From: an uncultured bacterium
GTDB taxonomy: Bacteria; Planctomycetota; UBA1135; GCA-002686595
DNA: 64,000 nucleotides
Direction of reading: 5' to 3'
NCBI GenBank assembly: GCA_943787795.1
Contig: CALSNU010000006.1
Location: forward strand, 529,817 to 593,816
Of this stretch, positions 25,387-34,904 are shown in pieces (position 1 is the stretch's first letter; each line of letters begins with the position of its first letter). The notes under the pieces were generated by a model. It made no database searches and was not told the origin of the DNA. It saw only the letters and a program-made list of their open reading frames with translations. Position numbers and translations under genes: made by a program.

Positions 25387-27954
25387 ATGACTCATCCTGC
25401 CGTCCGACGCGCCCTCGCTGCCGTCCCTCCGCTCGCGTGCGCCGCCCTCCTGCTCGGCACCACGGCGGCCGCTGGCCTGCGGCACGATGACGATCCGAAG
25501 ATCCAGGATCGGCGGCCGGCCTACGCCGGCGCAGGCTATCTCCGTGGCGCCGCTGCGCCCGCCGGGCTCCCGGCGGCCAGCACCGGAGCCGGCCCCGGCT
25601 TCGAAGCTCAGGGTCTCCGGCTCGAGTCCTGGCTCACGCTGGGTGACTTGGACGGCGCCAGCTCGGGCAACGACTGCTGGGGATACGCGTCTCCGTCCGG
25701 ACGCGAGTACGCCGTCGTCGGGACCTCGAGCAGCACGGTCATCGTCGAGGTCACCGACCCGGCCAACGCCTCCTTGATCGAGGTCATCCCCGGTCCGCTC
25801 AGCCTGTGGCGTGATGTCAAGGTGTACCAGGACCGCGCCTATTCGGTGAGCGAGGGCGGCGGCGGCATCCAGGTGATCGACCTCTCCGCTGTGGACGCCG
25901 GAGTCGTCACCCTTGAGAACACCGTCACCGGCTCTGGGGATGAGCGCACCCATAACGTGGCCATCGACGAGGTCAGTGGCTACCTCTACCGCACCGGCGG
26001 CGGCGGGAACGGGCTGCGGATCTACAGCCTGGCCAACCCCTCCTCCCCGCAGTTCGTCGGCTCCTGGGGGAGCCGCTACGTGCACGACGCCCAGGTGGTG
26101 ACCTACACCAGTGGCCCGTATGCCGGCCGCCAGCTCGCCTTCTGCTGCGCAGGTCTCGGGAACGGCTCCGGGGATACGGGGCTCTCCATCGTCGACGTGA
26201 CGAACAAGAACTTCCCCTTCCGCATCGAGCAGATCGCTTACCCGAATCGGCGCTACAGCCACCAGGGCTGGCTGTCCCCGGACCGCAGCCGCTTCTACCT
26301 CGGCGACGAGCTCGATGAAAACGCGGGGGTGAACACCACGGTCACCCGCGTGTTCGACGTGAGCGACCCCGGGGACGCGTCGTTCGTCGGCGAGTTCACC
26401 AACGGTGTCGCCAGTATCAGCCACAACATGTACGAGCGGGACGGGCTCCTGTTCCAGGCGAACTACACCTCCGGGCTGCGAGTCTTCGACACGGCGAGTG
26501 ACCCGAACAACCCTGCCGAGGTCGCCTTCTTCGACACCTCGCCCGACCTCACCTCGTCGTCGTTCAACGGCCTTTGGAGCTGCTACGTGGGGCTCCCAAG
26601 CGGGACGATCATCGGGAGCGACCTCGAGCGCGGGCTCTTCGTCTGGACCTTCGATCCGCTCGGCGTGGACGTGGACGCAACGGGCCTGCGGGAGCTAGAC
26701 GGCGCTGGAGCCACCGTGTCCGCCACGGTGCGCACCGTCAACGGCAACGCCATCGCTCCCGGCTCGGTGGAGCTGGTCGTGGACGGTGGCGCCGGTCCGG
26801 TCCTCCTCCCGATGACGGCTGGCTCCAGCCCTGGCGCCTTCACCGCGGAGATCCCGAGCTTCCCCTGCGGCGCCGAGGTCACCTGGTACGTGAGCGCGCG
26901 CACGCCCTCCGGTGTCCAGTCGACGTTCCCCGCGAACGCGCCCATCCGGCCCTTTGTCTCATGGGTCGGCGAGACCGTCACCACCGTGCGGTACGACGAC
27001 ATGCAGGCCGACAACGGCTGGCAGGGCAGCCTACCGGGAGACACCGCTACCCGCGGCCAGTGGACCCGTCAGCGGCCCGTGGGCACCGACGCGGAGCCCA
27101 ATGGCGGCTACCCGGTCAACGGCCGGCAGTGCTGGTTCACCGGGCAGGGGGCCGTCGCCAACAACACGGAGGCGGACGTCGATCAAGGATTCACCACGCT
27201 CCTCTCCCCCGTGCTCGACCTCACGGGGATGGACTACCCGGTGGTCGAGTACTACCGGTGGTTCTCCAACGTCTACGGGCAGAACGATCCCGACGATGCG
27301 TTCGAGGTCCTTATCTCCAACGACGCCGGCGCCACCTGGGTTGCGCTGGAGACCGTCGGGCCCCTCGGCCCCGGCACGGACGGCGGGTGGATCCGCGCGG
27401 CGTTCCTGGTCCCCCAGTTCGTGGTGCCCACCGACCAGGTGCAGCTCCGCTTCGTGGCCTCGGACACGGGCCTCCCGAACATCGTGGAGGCCGCGATCGA
27501 CGAGTTCCGCGTCTATGACGTCGGCTGCGATGACCCCGTCGGCGCGGCCTATTGTCAGGGCGCGCCGAACTCGACGGGGCTGGTCGGTGAGATCGTCGGT
27601 GAGGGCTCGGCGTTCCTTGCGCAGAATGACCTGGAGCTGGTGGCGACCCAGCTGCCTCCCCAGCAATCCGGCTTCTTCGTGGTCGCCAACGGTCAGGCCT
27701 CGGTGCCCATGATCGGCGGCGGTCAAGGGACCCTGTGCGTCGGCGGCACCACGGGCCGCTATCTCACCCAGGCCGCGAACTCCGGCCCCTCCGGGACCAT
27801 CCGGCTCGTGGTGGACGCCGCGGCAATCCCCACGCCGACGGGCGCCGCGGTGACCCTCGCCGGGGACACCTGGAACTTCCAGTGCTGGCATCGCGACGCG
27901 AACCCGGGGCCGACCTCGAACTTCACCGAGGGCTATTCGGTGACGTTCCGCTGA
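25387..27954 (+). CDS. Choice-of-anchor B family protein (LVIVD-like propeller) + jelly-roll domain + C-terminal WxRD domain
   Basis: ATG 25387, signal peptide. GNDCWGY, WRDVKVY, THNV, YVHDAQV, YSHQGWL, GDELDE, SHNMY, ANYTSGLRV; ends WNFQCWHRD..SNFTEGYSVTFR. Confidence 0.88.
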   Translation: MTHPAVRRALAAVPPLACAALLLGTTAAAGLRHDDDPKIQDRRPAYAGAGYLRGAAAPAGLPAASTGAGPGFEAQGLRLESWLTLGDLDGASSGNDCWGYASPSGREYAVVGTSSSTVIVEVTDPANASLIEVIPGPLSLWRDVKVYQDRAYSVSEGGGGIQVIDLSAVDAGVVTLENTVTGSGDERTHNVAIDEVSGYLYRTGGGGNGLRIYSLANPSSPQFVGSWGSRYVHDAQVVTYTSGPYAGRQLAFCCAGLGNGSGDTGLSIVDVTNKNFPFRIEQIAYPNRRYSHQGWLSPDRSRFYLGDELDENAGVNTTVTRVFDVSDPGDASFVGEFTNGVASISHNMYERDGLLFQANYTSGLRVFDTASDPNNPAEVAFFDTSPDLTSSSFNGLWSCYVGLPSGTIIGSDLERGLFVWTFDPLGVDVDATGLRELDGAGATVSATVRTVNGNAIAPGSVELVVDGGAGPVLLPMTAGSSPGAFTAEIPSFPCGAEVTWYVSARTPSGVQSTFPANAPIRPFVSWVGETVTTVRYDDMQADNGWQGSLPGDTATRGQWTRQRPVGTDAEPNGGYPVNGRQCWFTGQGAVANNTEADVDQGFTTLLSPVLDLTGMDYPVVEYYRWFSNVYGQNDPDDAFEVLISNDAGATWVALETVGPLGPGTDGGWIRAAFLVPQFVVPTDQVQLRFVASDTGLPNIVEAAIDEFRVYDVGCDDPVGAAYCQGAPNSTGLVGEIVGEGSAFLAQNDLELVATQLPPQQSGFFVVANGQASVPMIGGGQGTLCVGGTTGRYLTQAANSGPSGTIRLVVDAAAIPTPTGAAVTLAGDTWNFQCWHRDANPGPTSNFTEGYSVTFR

Positions 27955-27969
27955 CCCGCGCGGCGTCGA

Positions 27970-28335
27970 TCAGGCACAGACTCGGCATCGGCCCACGAGG
28001 GTCACTTCGTGGGCGGTGGTCTCGAATCCGACCGGCGTCAGGCGCTGGATCGAGCCGGGACAGCCGGGGACATCAAAGACTCGGTCGCAGCCTTCGCAGA
28101 GGAAGTGGTGATGGTGATCGAGCCCAGCGAGCTCGTAGCGGACGGCCTGCCCGGGCACAGGGACCTGTACGAGCTCTTCGCGCTCGACCATACCCTTCAG
28201 GTTGCGATAGACCGTCGTCAGGTTGAGCTGCGGAACCTCCTCGCCCGCGAGATCGAGCACCTCGGTCGGGCTGAGGGGCCGTCCAGCTCCTTTGAACGCA
28301 GACCGGATTGCTCGCCGCTGTTCGGTCATTCGCAT
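27970..28335 (-). CDS. Fur-family metalloregulator (probably Zur)
   Basis: ATG 28335. TEQRRAI, TTVYRNL, HHHHFLCEGC, C-terminal CRVC. Divergent from a metal ABC uptake operon. TAAGGT 7 nt before ATG. Confidence 0.9.
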   Translation of the reverse strand: MRMTEQRRAIRSAFKGAGRPLSPTEVLDLAGEEVPQLNLTTVYRNLKGMVEREELVQVPVPGQAVRYELAGLDHHHHFLCEGCDRVFDVPGCPGSIQRLTPVGFETTAHEVTLVGRCRVCA

Positions 28336-28364
28336 GAGCGTGACCTTAGCAGGATCAAGCTGGC

Positions 28365-28393
28365 TTGCAAATGCCAATGCATTGGCATAACGT
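28365..28393 (+). promoter_or_regulatory. Sigma70-type promoter (TTGCAA-17-TAACGT) whose spacer is covered by an 18-bp perfect palindrome ATGCCAATGCATTGGCAT (candidate Fur/Zur operator)
   Basis: Palindrome 28371-28388 read directly; AT-rich island between the regulator and the uptake operon. Confidence 0.7.
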
Positions 28394-28469
28394 CCCCGTC
28401 TGAGGATTCTCACGCTGCTCGTTGAGGCCTCACTCCCTCGCCCGAAGCGCTCAGCCCCAAGCCCAACAG

Positions 28470-29843
28470 ATGCCTGCCTCCGTCCCCCAGCCTCTCGCAG
28501 TCCTGACCCTCGCATCCCTTCTCGGCCCCCCCGCCATCGCCGTGCAGGGCAATCAGCCTGACCTCATCCCACAGGCCGAGCCGGACACGGCGCCGTTGGC
28601 CAAGCCCCAGGAGGAGGACTATCCCGGCACGGAACTGCCGATGAACCTGAACCCAACCCCGGACCAGGCTCGGGCGCCCATCGGCCTCCTGCGAAGCCCG
28701 GGGATGCCCCGCATCTACTGGGGTCAGACCACCCGCTTCACCTCCGCGTTCAACCCCGCCTTCGGCATCGCCGTGGATGGCTCCTTTAACTGGGCCGACA
28801 ACGGGTCAGACGAGGACGGCTTCGCCTTTGATCTGGGCGTCGCGGAGCTCACCGGCCAGGGCGCCATCTCACCGAACTGGTGGGGCAACTTCGCCCTCGA
28901 GACCGACTCAGAGGAGGTGGAGCTCACCGAAGCTGCGCTCTTCTACAGCGGACTCGCCGACCGAACCAGCATCAGGGCCGGGCGCTTCTTCCTGGACTTC
29001 GGCAAGCAGATGCAGATCCACGTCCACGACCTCTCGACGCCGCAGCGGCCCGCCGTCCTACGGGAGTACCTGGGGACGGAGGTCCCCGGCACCGGCTTCC
29101 AGTTCGACCACTGGGCCCCCATCGGTGAGACCACCGCCTTCCGCTTCTCAACCGCCGTCTTCGGCGACCAGGAATCCCACGGGCACGGGTTCCTGTTTGA
29201 CGACCATGACGAGAGCCACGGGCCCGAGGTGGAGCCTTTCGTCGACGACCGGCGAGACTTCTCCGAGCTCATCTTCACTGCGCGAGCGACGGCGATGACC
29301 GACGTGGGCGAAGAGAGCATGCTGCAGCTTGGCGCCTCCCTCCGCGCCGTCCCAGACTTCGGCTTCGAGGGCGGGACCAACGACACGGGAGACACCTTGA
29401 GCACCGACGGCCTCAACCAGTCGGTCTACGGTCTCGACCTCACCTACGGGTGGAACAGCGACGACGGGACCCGCTCGTGGACCTTCGGAGGCGAGTACCT
29501 CTACGCTGACGGAGATCTCAACGCCGAGGTCGTCGGCGACGGCACGCCCGGCGCTTCGCTCGACCTGCTGAGTGGGTCCGCACAGGGGTGGTTCGCCTTC
29601 GCCGAGCACGCCTGGGACCAACAGAACTCGGTCGGACTGATGGTCTCCTCCCTCGAGAAGCTCGAGGAGGCGCTGCCGCGTGAGACCGAGTCCACCCTGT
29701 ACTGGAGCCACTATCCCACCGAGTTCATGCGAGTCCGCGTCGCTGGGATCCACTTTGACCGAGAGGGGGCCGAGGACGGCCAGGCCCTGATGTTGCAACT
29801 CACCGGGTACATCGGCGCCCACGGCCACCCCTACAACTGGTAG
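28470..29843 (+). CDS. His-rich outer-membrane beta-barrel/porin associated with Zn/Mn uptake
   Basis: ATG 28470, signal peptide. FNPAFG, RAGRFFLDFGK..HVHD, HGHG..DHDESH, alternating strands, C-terminal IGAHGHPYNW. Confidence 0.7.
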   Translation: MPASVPQPLAVLTLASLLGPPAIAVQGNQPDLIPQAEPDTAPLAKPQEEDYPGTELPMNLNPTPDQARAPIGLLRSPGMPRIYWGQTTRFTSAFNPAFGIAVDGSFNWADNGSDEDGFAFDLGVAELTGQGAISPNWWGNFALETDSEEVELTEAALFYSGLADRTSIRAGRFFLDFGKQMQIHVHDLSTPQRPAVLREYLGTEVPGTGFQFDHWAPIGETTAFRFSTAVFGDQESHGHGFLFDDHDESHGPEVEPFVDDRRDFSELIFTARATAMTDVGEESMLQLGASLRAVPDFGFEGGTNDTGDTLSTDGLNQSVYGLDLTYGWNSDDGTRSWTFGGEYLYADGDLNAEVVGDGTPGASLDLLSGSAQGWFAFAEHAWDQQNSVGLMVSSLEKLEEALPRETESTLYWSHYPTEFMRVRVAGIHFDREGAEDGQALMLQLTGYIGAHGHPYNW

Positions 29844-29854
29844 AACCCGCGCCC

Positions 29855-30811
29855 ATGCTCACCCGCCGCATCTTGCTGCTCGCGACCCTCATCGGCGCCA
29901 CCTCGCTGGTCTCGGGCGCCTCGGCATTGCCTGCCGATGGAGGAGACCCGCTCAATGTGGTCACCACCATCCCTGACCTCGCGGACATCGTGCGTGAGGT
30001 CGGGGGCGATGAGGTCAAGGTGCGCTGTGTCGCCAAGGGCCGAGAGAACCTGCACAGCGTCCGCCTTCGCCCGTCGCACCTCGTCATGACCGCGCGCGCC
30101 GACCTGTTCGTCCAGGTCGGCCTCGCCCTGGAGCACGGCTGGGTCCCCGGCCTGCTCGAGAGCGCCCGGAACAGCAAGATCATGCGAGATGGCCCGCTCA
30201 ACGTCGGCACGGGGTGGCCGAAGCTGGTGGAGATCCCCGTCACGCTCGACCGGCGCGCTGGCGTGGACATTCACCCGCTCGGCAATCCGCACATCAACAT
30301 GCACCCCGACTTCGGCTCCTTTGCGGGCCGAAAGATCCGGGACCGGCTGAAGGCGATGCGCCCGGAGCAGGCGGGCAAGTTCGACAAGAATCTGGCCGCC
30401 TACGAGAAGCGTATCGCCGCCCACCGCAAGCGCTGGGATGAGGCCGCGAAGCTCCTCAAGGGGCGCAAGGTCGTCCAGTACCACAAGGAGTTCAGCTACC
30501 TCTGCGGCGCCAACGGGATCCTGATGGTCGGCGCTCTCGAGCCTCAACCCGGCGTGCCGCCCACCCCAGGACACCTCGCCCAGATCACGAAGGGGATGCG
30601 AGAGCTCGGCGTCACCGTCATCCTTCACGGCCCCTGGACACCTGGCCGGGTGGCCGAGGACGCGGCCAAGCGCGCAGGCGCGAAGGCCGTGGAGCTCCCG
30701 GTCATGACCCAGCGGGACGGCGGCACCTGGCTCGGCTTCATGGACCGCCTCCACGAAGGCCTCCTGGGCGCCTGGGATCTCGAGCTTGAAGAGCGTGAAG
30801 ACCAAGACTGA
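29855..30811 (+). CDS. Metal (Zn/Mn) ABC transporter substrate-binding protein, ZnuA/TroA family
   Basis: VVTTIPDLADIVREVGGD, ENLH, GLALE, DIHPLGNPH, YHKEF, EPQPGVPPTP. Confidence 0.9.
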   Translation: MLTRRILLLATLIGATSLVSGASALPADGGDPLNVVTTIPDLADIVREVGGDEVKVRCVAKGRENLHSVRLRPSHLVMTARADLFVQVGLALEHGWVPGLLESARNSKIMRDGPLNVGTGWPKLVEIPVTLDRRAGVDIHPLGNPHINMHPDFGSFAGRKIRDRLKAMRPEQAGKFDKNLAAYEKRIAAHRKRWDEAAKLLKGRKVVQYHKEFSYLCGANGILMVGALEPQPGVPPTPGHLAQITKGMRELGVTVILHGPWTPGRVAEDAAKRAGAKAVELPVMTQRDGGTWLGFMDRLHEGLLGAWDLELEEREDQD

Positions 30812-31517
30812 GCCCCGCGCGGAGTCCGCTGTCCGGAAGACGGTGTTGGAGCTCTCGAATGTCGCCCTCGGTTACGGGAGCGATCTGATCCTCACAGGGA
30901 TCTCCCTGCGGGTCGAGGCCGGTGAGCGGATCGCGGTCCTCGGCCCGAACGGCGCAGGCAAGACAACGCTCCTGCGCGGTCTCGTCGGCCTCCTGCCGCC
31001 GCTGACCGGAGAGGTGATGGGTTCCTCGTCGCGGTTTGGCCTCGTCCCCCAGCGCGAGCGCCTCGACCCCATCTTCCCGATCACCACCCGAGAGCTGGTG
31101 TTGCAGGGTGCCATCCGACGGCTCGGGGGCTGGAGGCGCAGCTTCTCGAGGGTCGATCGCGCGCGCGCCGAGCGCTTCCTGGAAGAGCTCCACCTCGGCC
31201 CCCATGCGGATCGGCCCCTGAACCACCTCTCTGGCGGCCAGCGCCAGCGAGCCCTCGTGGCCCGCGCCCTCATGTCCAACCCGGAGGTGCTCCTGCTCGA
31301 TGAGCCCACGAGCGGGGTCGATCAGCAGTCCACCGAGGTCATCCTCGGTCAGGTGGATCGTGCGGCCCGCGAGGAGGGCATCGCCTCGCTCCTGGTCACC
31401 CACGACGAGCGGGGCTTGCAGGAGCGAGTCGATCGAATCTGGCGCGTTGACGCCAGAGGCGTCCGAGTCACGGCGGGGGGCGCGATGGCGCCCCATGACC
31501 CCATGGGGTCCGCGTGA
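30795..31517 (+). CDS. Metal ABC transporter ATP-binding protein (ZnuC-like); start uncertain
   Basis: GPNGAGKTT, LSGGQRQR, LLLDEPT, VTHD. Confidence 0.9.
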   Translation: MKTKTEPRAESAVRKTVLELSNVALGYGSDLILTGISLRVEAGERIAVLGPNGAGKTTLLRGLVGLLPPLTGEVMGSSSRFGLVPQRERLDPIFPITTRELVLQGAIRRLGGWRRSFSRVDRARAERFLEELHLGPHADRPLNHLSGGQRQRALVARALMSNPEVLLLDEPTSGVDQQSTEVILGQVDRAAREEGIASLLVTHDERGLQERVDRIWRVDARGVRVTAGGAMAPHDPMGSA

Positions 31518-32386
31518 GCTTCGCAGAAGCCTGGGAGTTCTTCCGGTGGTCGATCCTCGCCATCCTGGCCACTGGAATCGCAGCGCCGGTCCTTGGCGCC
31601 TTCCTGCTCCTGCGCCGCACGAGCTTCCACGGCCTGGCCCTCCCGCAGTTCGCGGCCGCGGGGATCGCGGTGGGATTCCTGCTGCTGCCCTGGTTCGTGA
31701 GCCTCGGCGCGTTTGGCGCCGCGCCGGTGGAGGACATCGCGGCTGACCCCCACGCGGCGCATGGCTACCACCTGATCTTCGCGGCGCTCGGTACCTTCCT
31801 CGGCCTCGCGGCCCTCGTCGCTCCGCAGGACCGGCTCGGGATGGAGAGCGCGCGCATGGCGGGAGCATTCGCCACGGCCAGCGCAGTGACCATCCTCTGC
31901 GCCAACGCCTCTCCCTTCGGAGAGATCTTCGTCAACGGCATTCTGACCGGCGAGTCCCTTGTCGTGGGACCCCGGGAGTTCGCCACCCTGGCCCCGACCC
32001 TCGCGATCTCCGTCCTCCTCCTCTTCCTCCTCCGGCACGACCTCGTACTGGCCAGCCTGGACCGCGAGGCCGCGCTGGTTCAAAGAAGGCCGGTCCGCAG
32101 CCACGAGGCGGTCTTCGCCGCCCTGCTCGGCACCTCCATCGCTGTGGGGACGATGAGCGTGGGCCCGGTCATGCTCTTCGGCCTCCTCGTGCTGCCCCCT
32201 CTCGGCGCGCGGCGCCTCGCCAACAGCGTCCGTGGATTCTTCGTGCTCTCCGCCGTCGTTGGACTCGTGTCGACGGTCGCGGGTCTGTGCGCGTCCTTCT
32301 GGATCGACCTACCGCCGGCCCCGTGCGTCGTGGCCGCCGCCGCCATCGTCACGCTGCCCGGGGCGCTGTTCCCGCACAGGAGCTGA
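31514..32386 (+). CDS. Metal ABC transporter permease (ZnuB-like)
   Basis: GTGA overlap with the ATPase; multiple TM helices; LGAFLLLRR, GLLVLPP, DLPPAP. Confidence 0.88.
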   Translation: MSFAEAWEFFRWSILAILATGIAAPVLGAFLLLRRTSFHGLALPQFAAAGIAVGFLLLPWFVSLGAFGAAPVEDIAADPHAAHGYHLIFAALGTFLGLAALVAPQDRLGMESARMAGAFATASAVTILCANASPFGEIFVNGILTGESLVVGPREFATLAPTLAISVLLLFLLRHDLVLASLDREAALVQRRPVRSHEAVFAALLGTSIAVGTMSVGPVMLFGLLVLPPLGARRLANSVRGFFVLSAVVGLVSTVAGLCASFWIDLPPAPCVVAAAAIVTLPGALFPHRS

Positions 32387-32887
32387 GACGCCTCAGGTCG
32401 GGCCCCGCTCCCCACCCGACGCAAGAAATGGCCCCTTGGGGCCGCAAGGGGATCGCGCGAGTCGCCATCGCCGCGCTCCATCTGACGGGTGTTCCACTGG
32501 ACAGCTCCGGGTGACCGACCGGCGCGCCACTCGTGCCGTGAGCGATGGAGCCCGGGCCAGGACACGGCCGCTCTCAAGGCCAGCAGCATCGCGGACCGTC
32601 GAGAGCGCGGGGGAATGTCCCGGAAGCGCCGCCCCGCCTTGATCGGGACCAGGGGGGCGGCAGTGTGGGAGCGGGTGCACCTCCGCTGCCCCATCACGGG
32701 GCACCGGGCGCCGCTCCCCCCTCACCGGTGGCCTCGACGAGGACGCCGTCTCGGCCGTCACGGAGCCATTGACGGCAGGTTTACCTCGAAGGATGCGGCC
32801 GAGCGGGCAAATAGGCGTTCCAATCTTCAGGCAGAAGCCCAGACGCATCTGGCGCAGAACGACTCCCACCCCTGCTTCTCTAAAGCC

Positions 32888-34498
32888 ATGACTCTCCTTT
32901 CCACCCTCGCCCTGACCTCCGCCATCGCTGGCGGCGGCGGCGGCTTCAGCGGCGCGCTCGAGATCAACGAGATCCGCATCGATCAGCCCAGCTCCGACAA
33001 CGACGAGTACTTCGAGTTGAAGGGTGACCCCTCGCTCGACCTGGCGAACGTCTACTACATCGTCATCGGAGACGGATCCGGCGGCTCCGGCGTGGTCGAG
33101 TCGGTGACCGACCTGACGGGCAGCACGGTGGCTAGCACCGGCTACTTCGTCGCCGCGGAGAGCAGCTTCAGCCTCGGGACCGCGGACCTCACGACCACCC
33201 TCGGCTTCGAGAACAGCGACAACGTCACGCACATGCTCGTCACTGCCTTCACCGGCACGCTCCAGGACGACCTCGACACCAACGACGATGGTTTCCTCGA
33301 CGTGCGGCCCTGGGACCAGGTGCTCGACGCCGTCGCGCTCGTGGAGACGCCGTTCTCCGGAGACAAGACCTACGAGATGATGTTCGGCGGCGCCAGCGTC
33401 GGCCCCGACGGGAACTTCGTCCCCGGCCACGCCTTCCAGTGCAACGCTGGCTGGCAGATCGGCAGCTTCAGCACGGGAACCACCGACACCCCCGGAGCCG
33501 CCAACTCACCCATGTGCCCTGCCCCGCGGATCAACGAGATCCGTATCGATCAGCCCAGCAGCGACACCGACGAGTACTTCGAGCTCCTCACCGAGCCCGG
33601 CGCTGACCTGTCCTCTCTGAGCTACATCGTCATCGGGGACGGCTCCGGCGGCTCGGGCGTCGTCGAGTCCATCACGGACCTCGCTGGCCTCTCCACGGGC
33701 GCCTCGGGCTTCTTCCTTGCTGCGGAGAGCTCGTTCACCTTCAGCGTGACTCCCGACCTCACGACCTCGCTCGGCTTCGAGAACAGCGACAACGTCACCC
33801 ACCTCCTGGTGCGGGACTTCACCGGCGTCCTCCAGGAGGACCTCGACACGGACGACGACGGGGTCCTGGACATCACGCCCTGGAGCGAGGTGGTCGACGC
33901 GGTCTCGCTCGTCGAGGAGATCGGCGGCGGTGACCAGTACTACGGCTCTGCGCTCGGCTTCGCGGACCTCGGCCCCAGCGGGGGCTTTGTCCCTGCCCAG
34001 GCCGTGCGATGCGGCGAGGGCTGGAGGATCGGGTCCTTCGGCCTCAACGGATTCGACTCCCCTGGCGCCCAGAACTTCCCTTGCACCGGGGGCTCCTTTC
34101 GCTGCTACACCACCTCCTTCGACCCGACCAATCAGGGGATCCTCGCGGTCCTGGGGTCGGGTTCCCTGCAGCTGAACGACTCAGCGGTTTTCGCCTACGA
34201 GCTCCCCGTGGACTCGTTCGGCGTCATGATCGCCGGGAATATCGACACGCCGGCTGCCTCCCCGTTCGGCATATCGTGCATCGCCAGCTCGGCCACCCGC
34301 GTCGGCTACGGCTTCGCGACCGACGGCGAGCTCACCTTCCCCATCGACCTGGAGGACCTCGTCTATGCGCCGCTGGGTTCGGGGGGCAGCGGCTTCGCCC
34401 CCGGTGACGGCTTGGCCTTCCAGTACCTGTATCGCGACGCCTCGGCGCCCGCCGGCGCGAGGTACTCTGACGCGGTTGCGTTCACGATCGGCCTCTGA
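32888..34498 (+). CDS. Secreted protein with two tandem lamin-tail-like domains + divergent C-terminal xRD domain
   Basis: ATG 32888. INEIRIDQPSSDxDEYFEL...FENSDNVTH...DLDTxDDG...DTPG occurs twice (offset 567 nt); ends FQYLYRD..YSDAVAFTIGL. Confidence 0.85.
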   Translation: MTLLSTLALTSAIAGGGGGFSGALEINEIRIDQPSSDNDEYFELKGDPSLDLANVYYIVIGDGSGGSGVVESVTDLTGSTVASTGYFVAAESSFSLGTADLTTTLGFENSDNVTHMLVTAFTGTLQDDLDTNDDGFLDVRPWDQVLDAVALVETPFSGDKTYEMMFGGASVGPDGNFVPGHAFQCNAGWQIGSFSTGTTDTPGAANSPMCPAPRINEIRIDQPSSDTDEYFELLTEPGADLSSLSYIVIGDGSGGSGVVESITDLAGLSTGASGFFLAAESSFTFSVTPDLTTSLGFENSDNVTHLLVRDFTGVLQEDLDTDDDGVLDITPWSEVVDAVSLVEEIGGGDQYYGSALGFADLGPSGGFVPAQAVRCGEGWRIGSFGLNGFDSPGAQNFPCTGGSFRCYTTSFDPTNQGILAVLGSGSLQLNDSAVFAYELPVDSFGVMIAGNIDTPAASPFGISCIASSATRVGYGFATDGELTFPIDLEDLVYAPLGSGGSGFAPGDGLAFQYLYRDASAPAGARYSDAVAFTIGL

Positions 34499-34544
34499 GC
34501 TAGCGCCAGCGAGGCGGGCCAGCCCCGCTCTCACAGCGACCCCA

Positions 34545-34584
34545 GGGGGGGGCGCCGTGGCCTTTGCCGCGGCGCCCCCCCCTT
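34545..34584 (+). terminator. Strong hairpin (17-bp stem, CTTT loop) downstream of 32888..34498
   Basis: G8-CGCCG-TGGC / CTTT / GCCG-CGGCG-C8, one G.U pair, short T tail. Confidence 0.6.
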
Positions 34585-34601
34585 CGTATCCCGAGGGCTC
34601 T

Positions 34602-34664
34602 CCGTCCGCCACGAAGGCCGTCCGCCACGAAGGCCGTCCGCAACGAGGGCCGTCCGCAACGGAG
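34602..34664. repeat. 16-bp tandem repeat (ccgtccgccacgaagg) x4
   Basis: Units at 34602, 34618, 34634, 34650. Confidence 0.85.
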
Positions 34665-34904
34665 CCGGCGAGGCCGCCCACCTGCCCCTTCGCTGCGGCG
34701 ACCGAGACTGGGGGGGGAGCCAGCCCTCCCGCGCCGGGCCACTGACTCCGGACCCCGATTCCCTCTGTGCGCGCGGAACGTTGGGGTGCCCCATGGGTTG
34801 GACGAGGCAGTGCGCGCGAAGCGGCTGCGTCGATCATGGGTCGCAACGTCGCGCCTTATGATCCACGCTCTTCGCCACCCGCATCGAGGCCCGTACCCGC
34901 CCGC

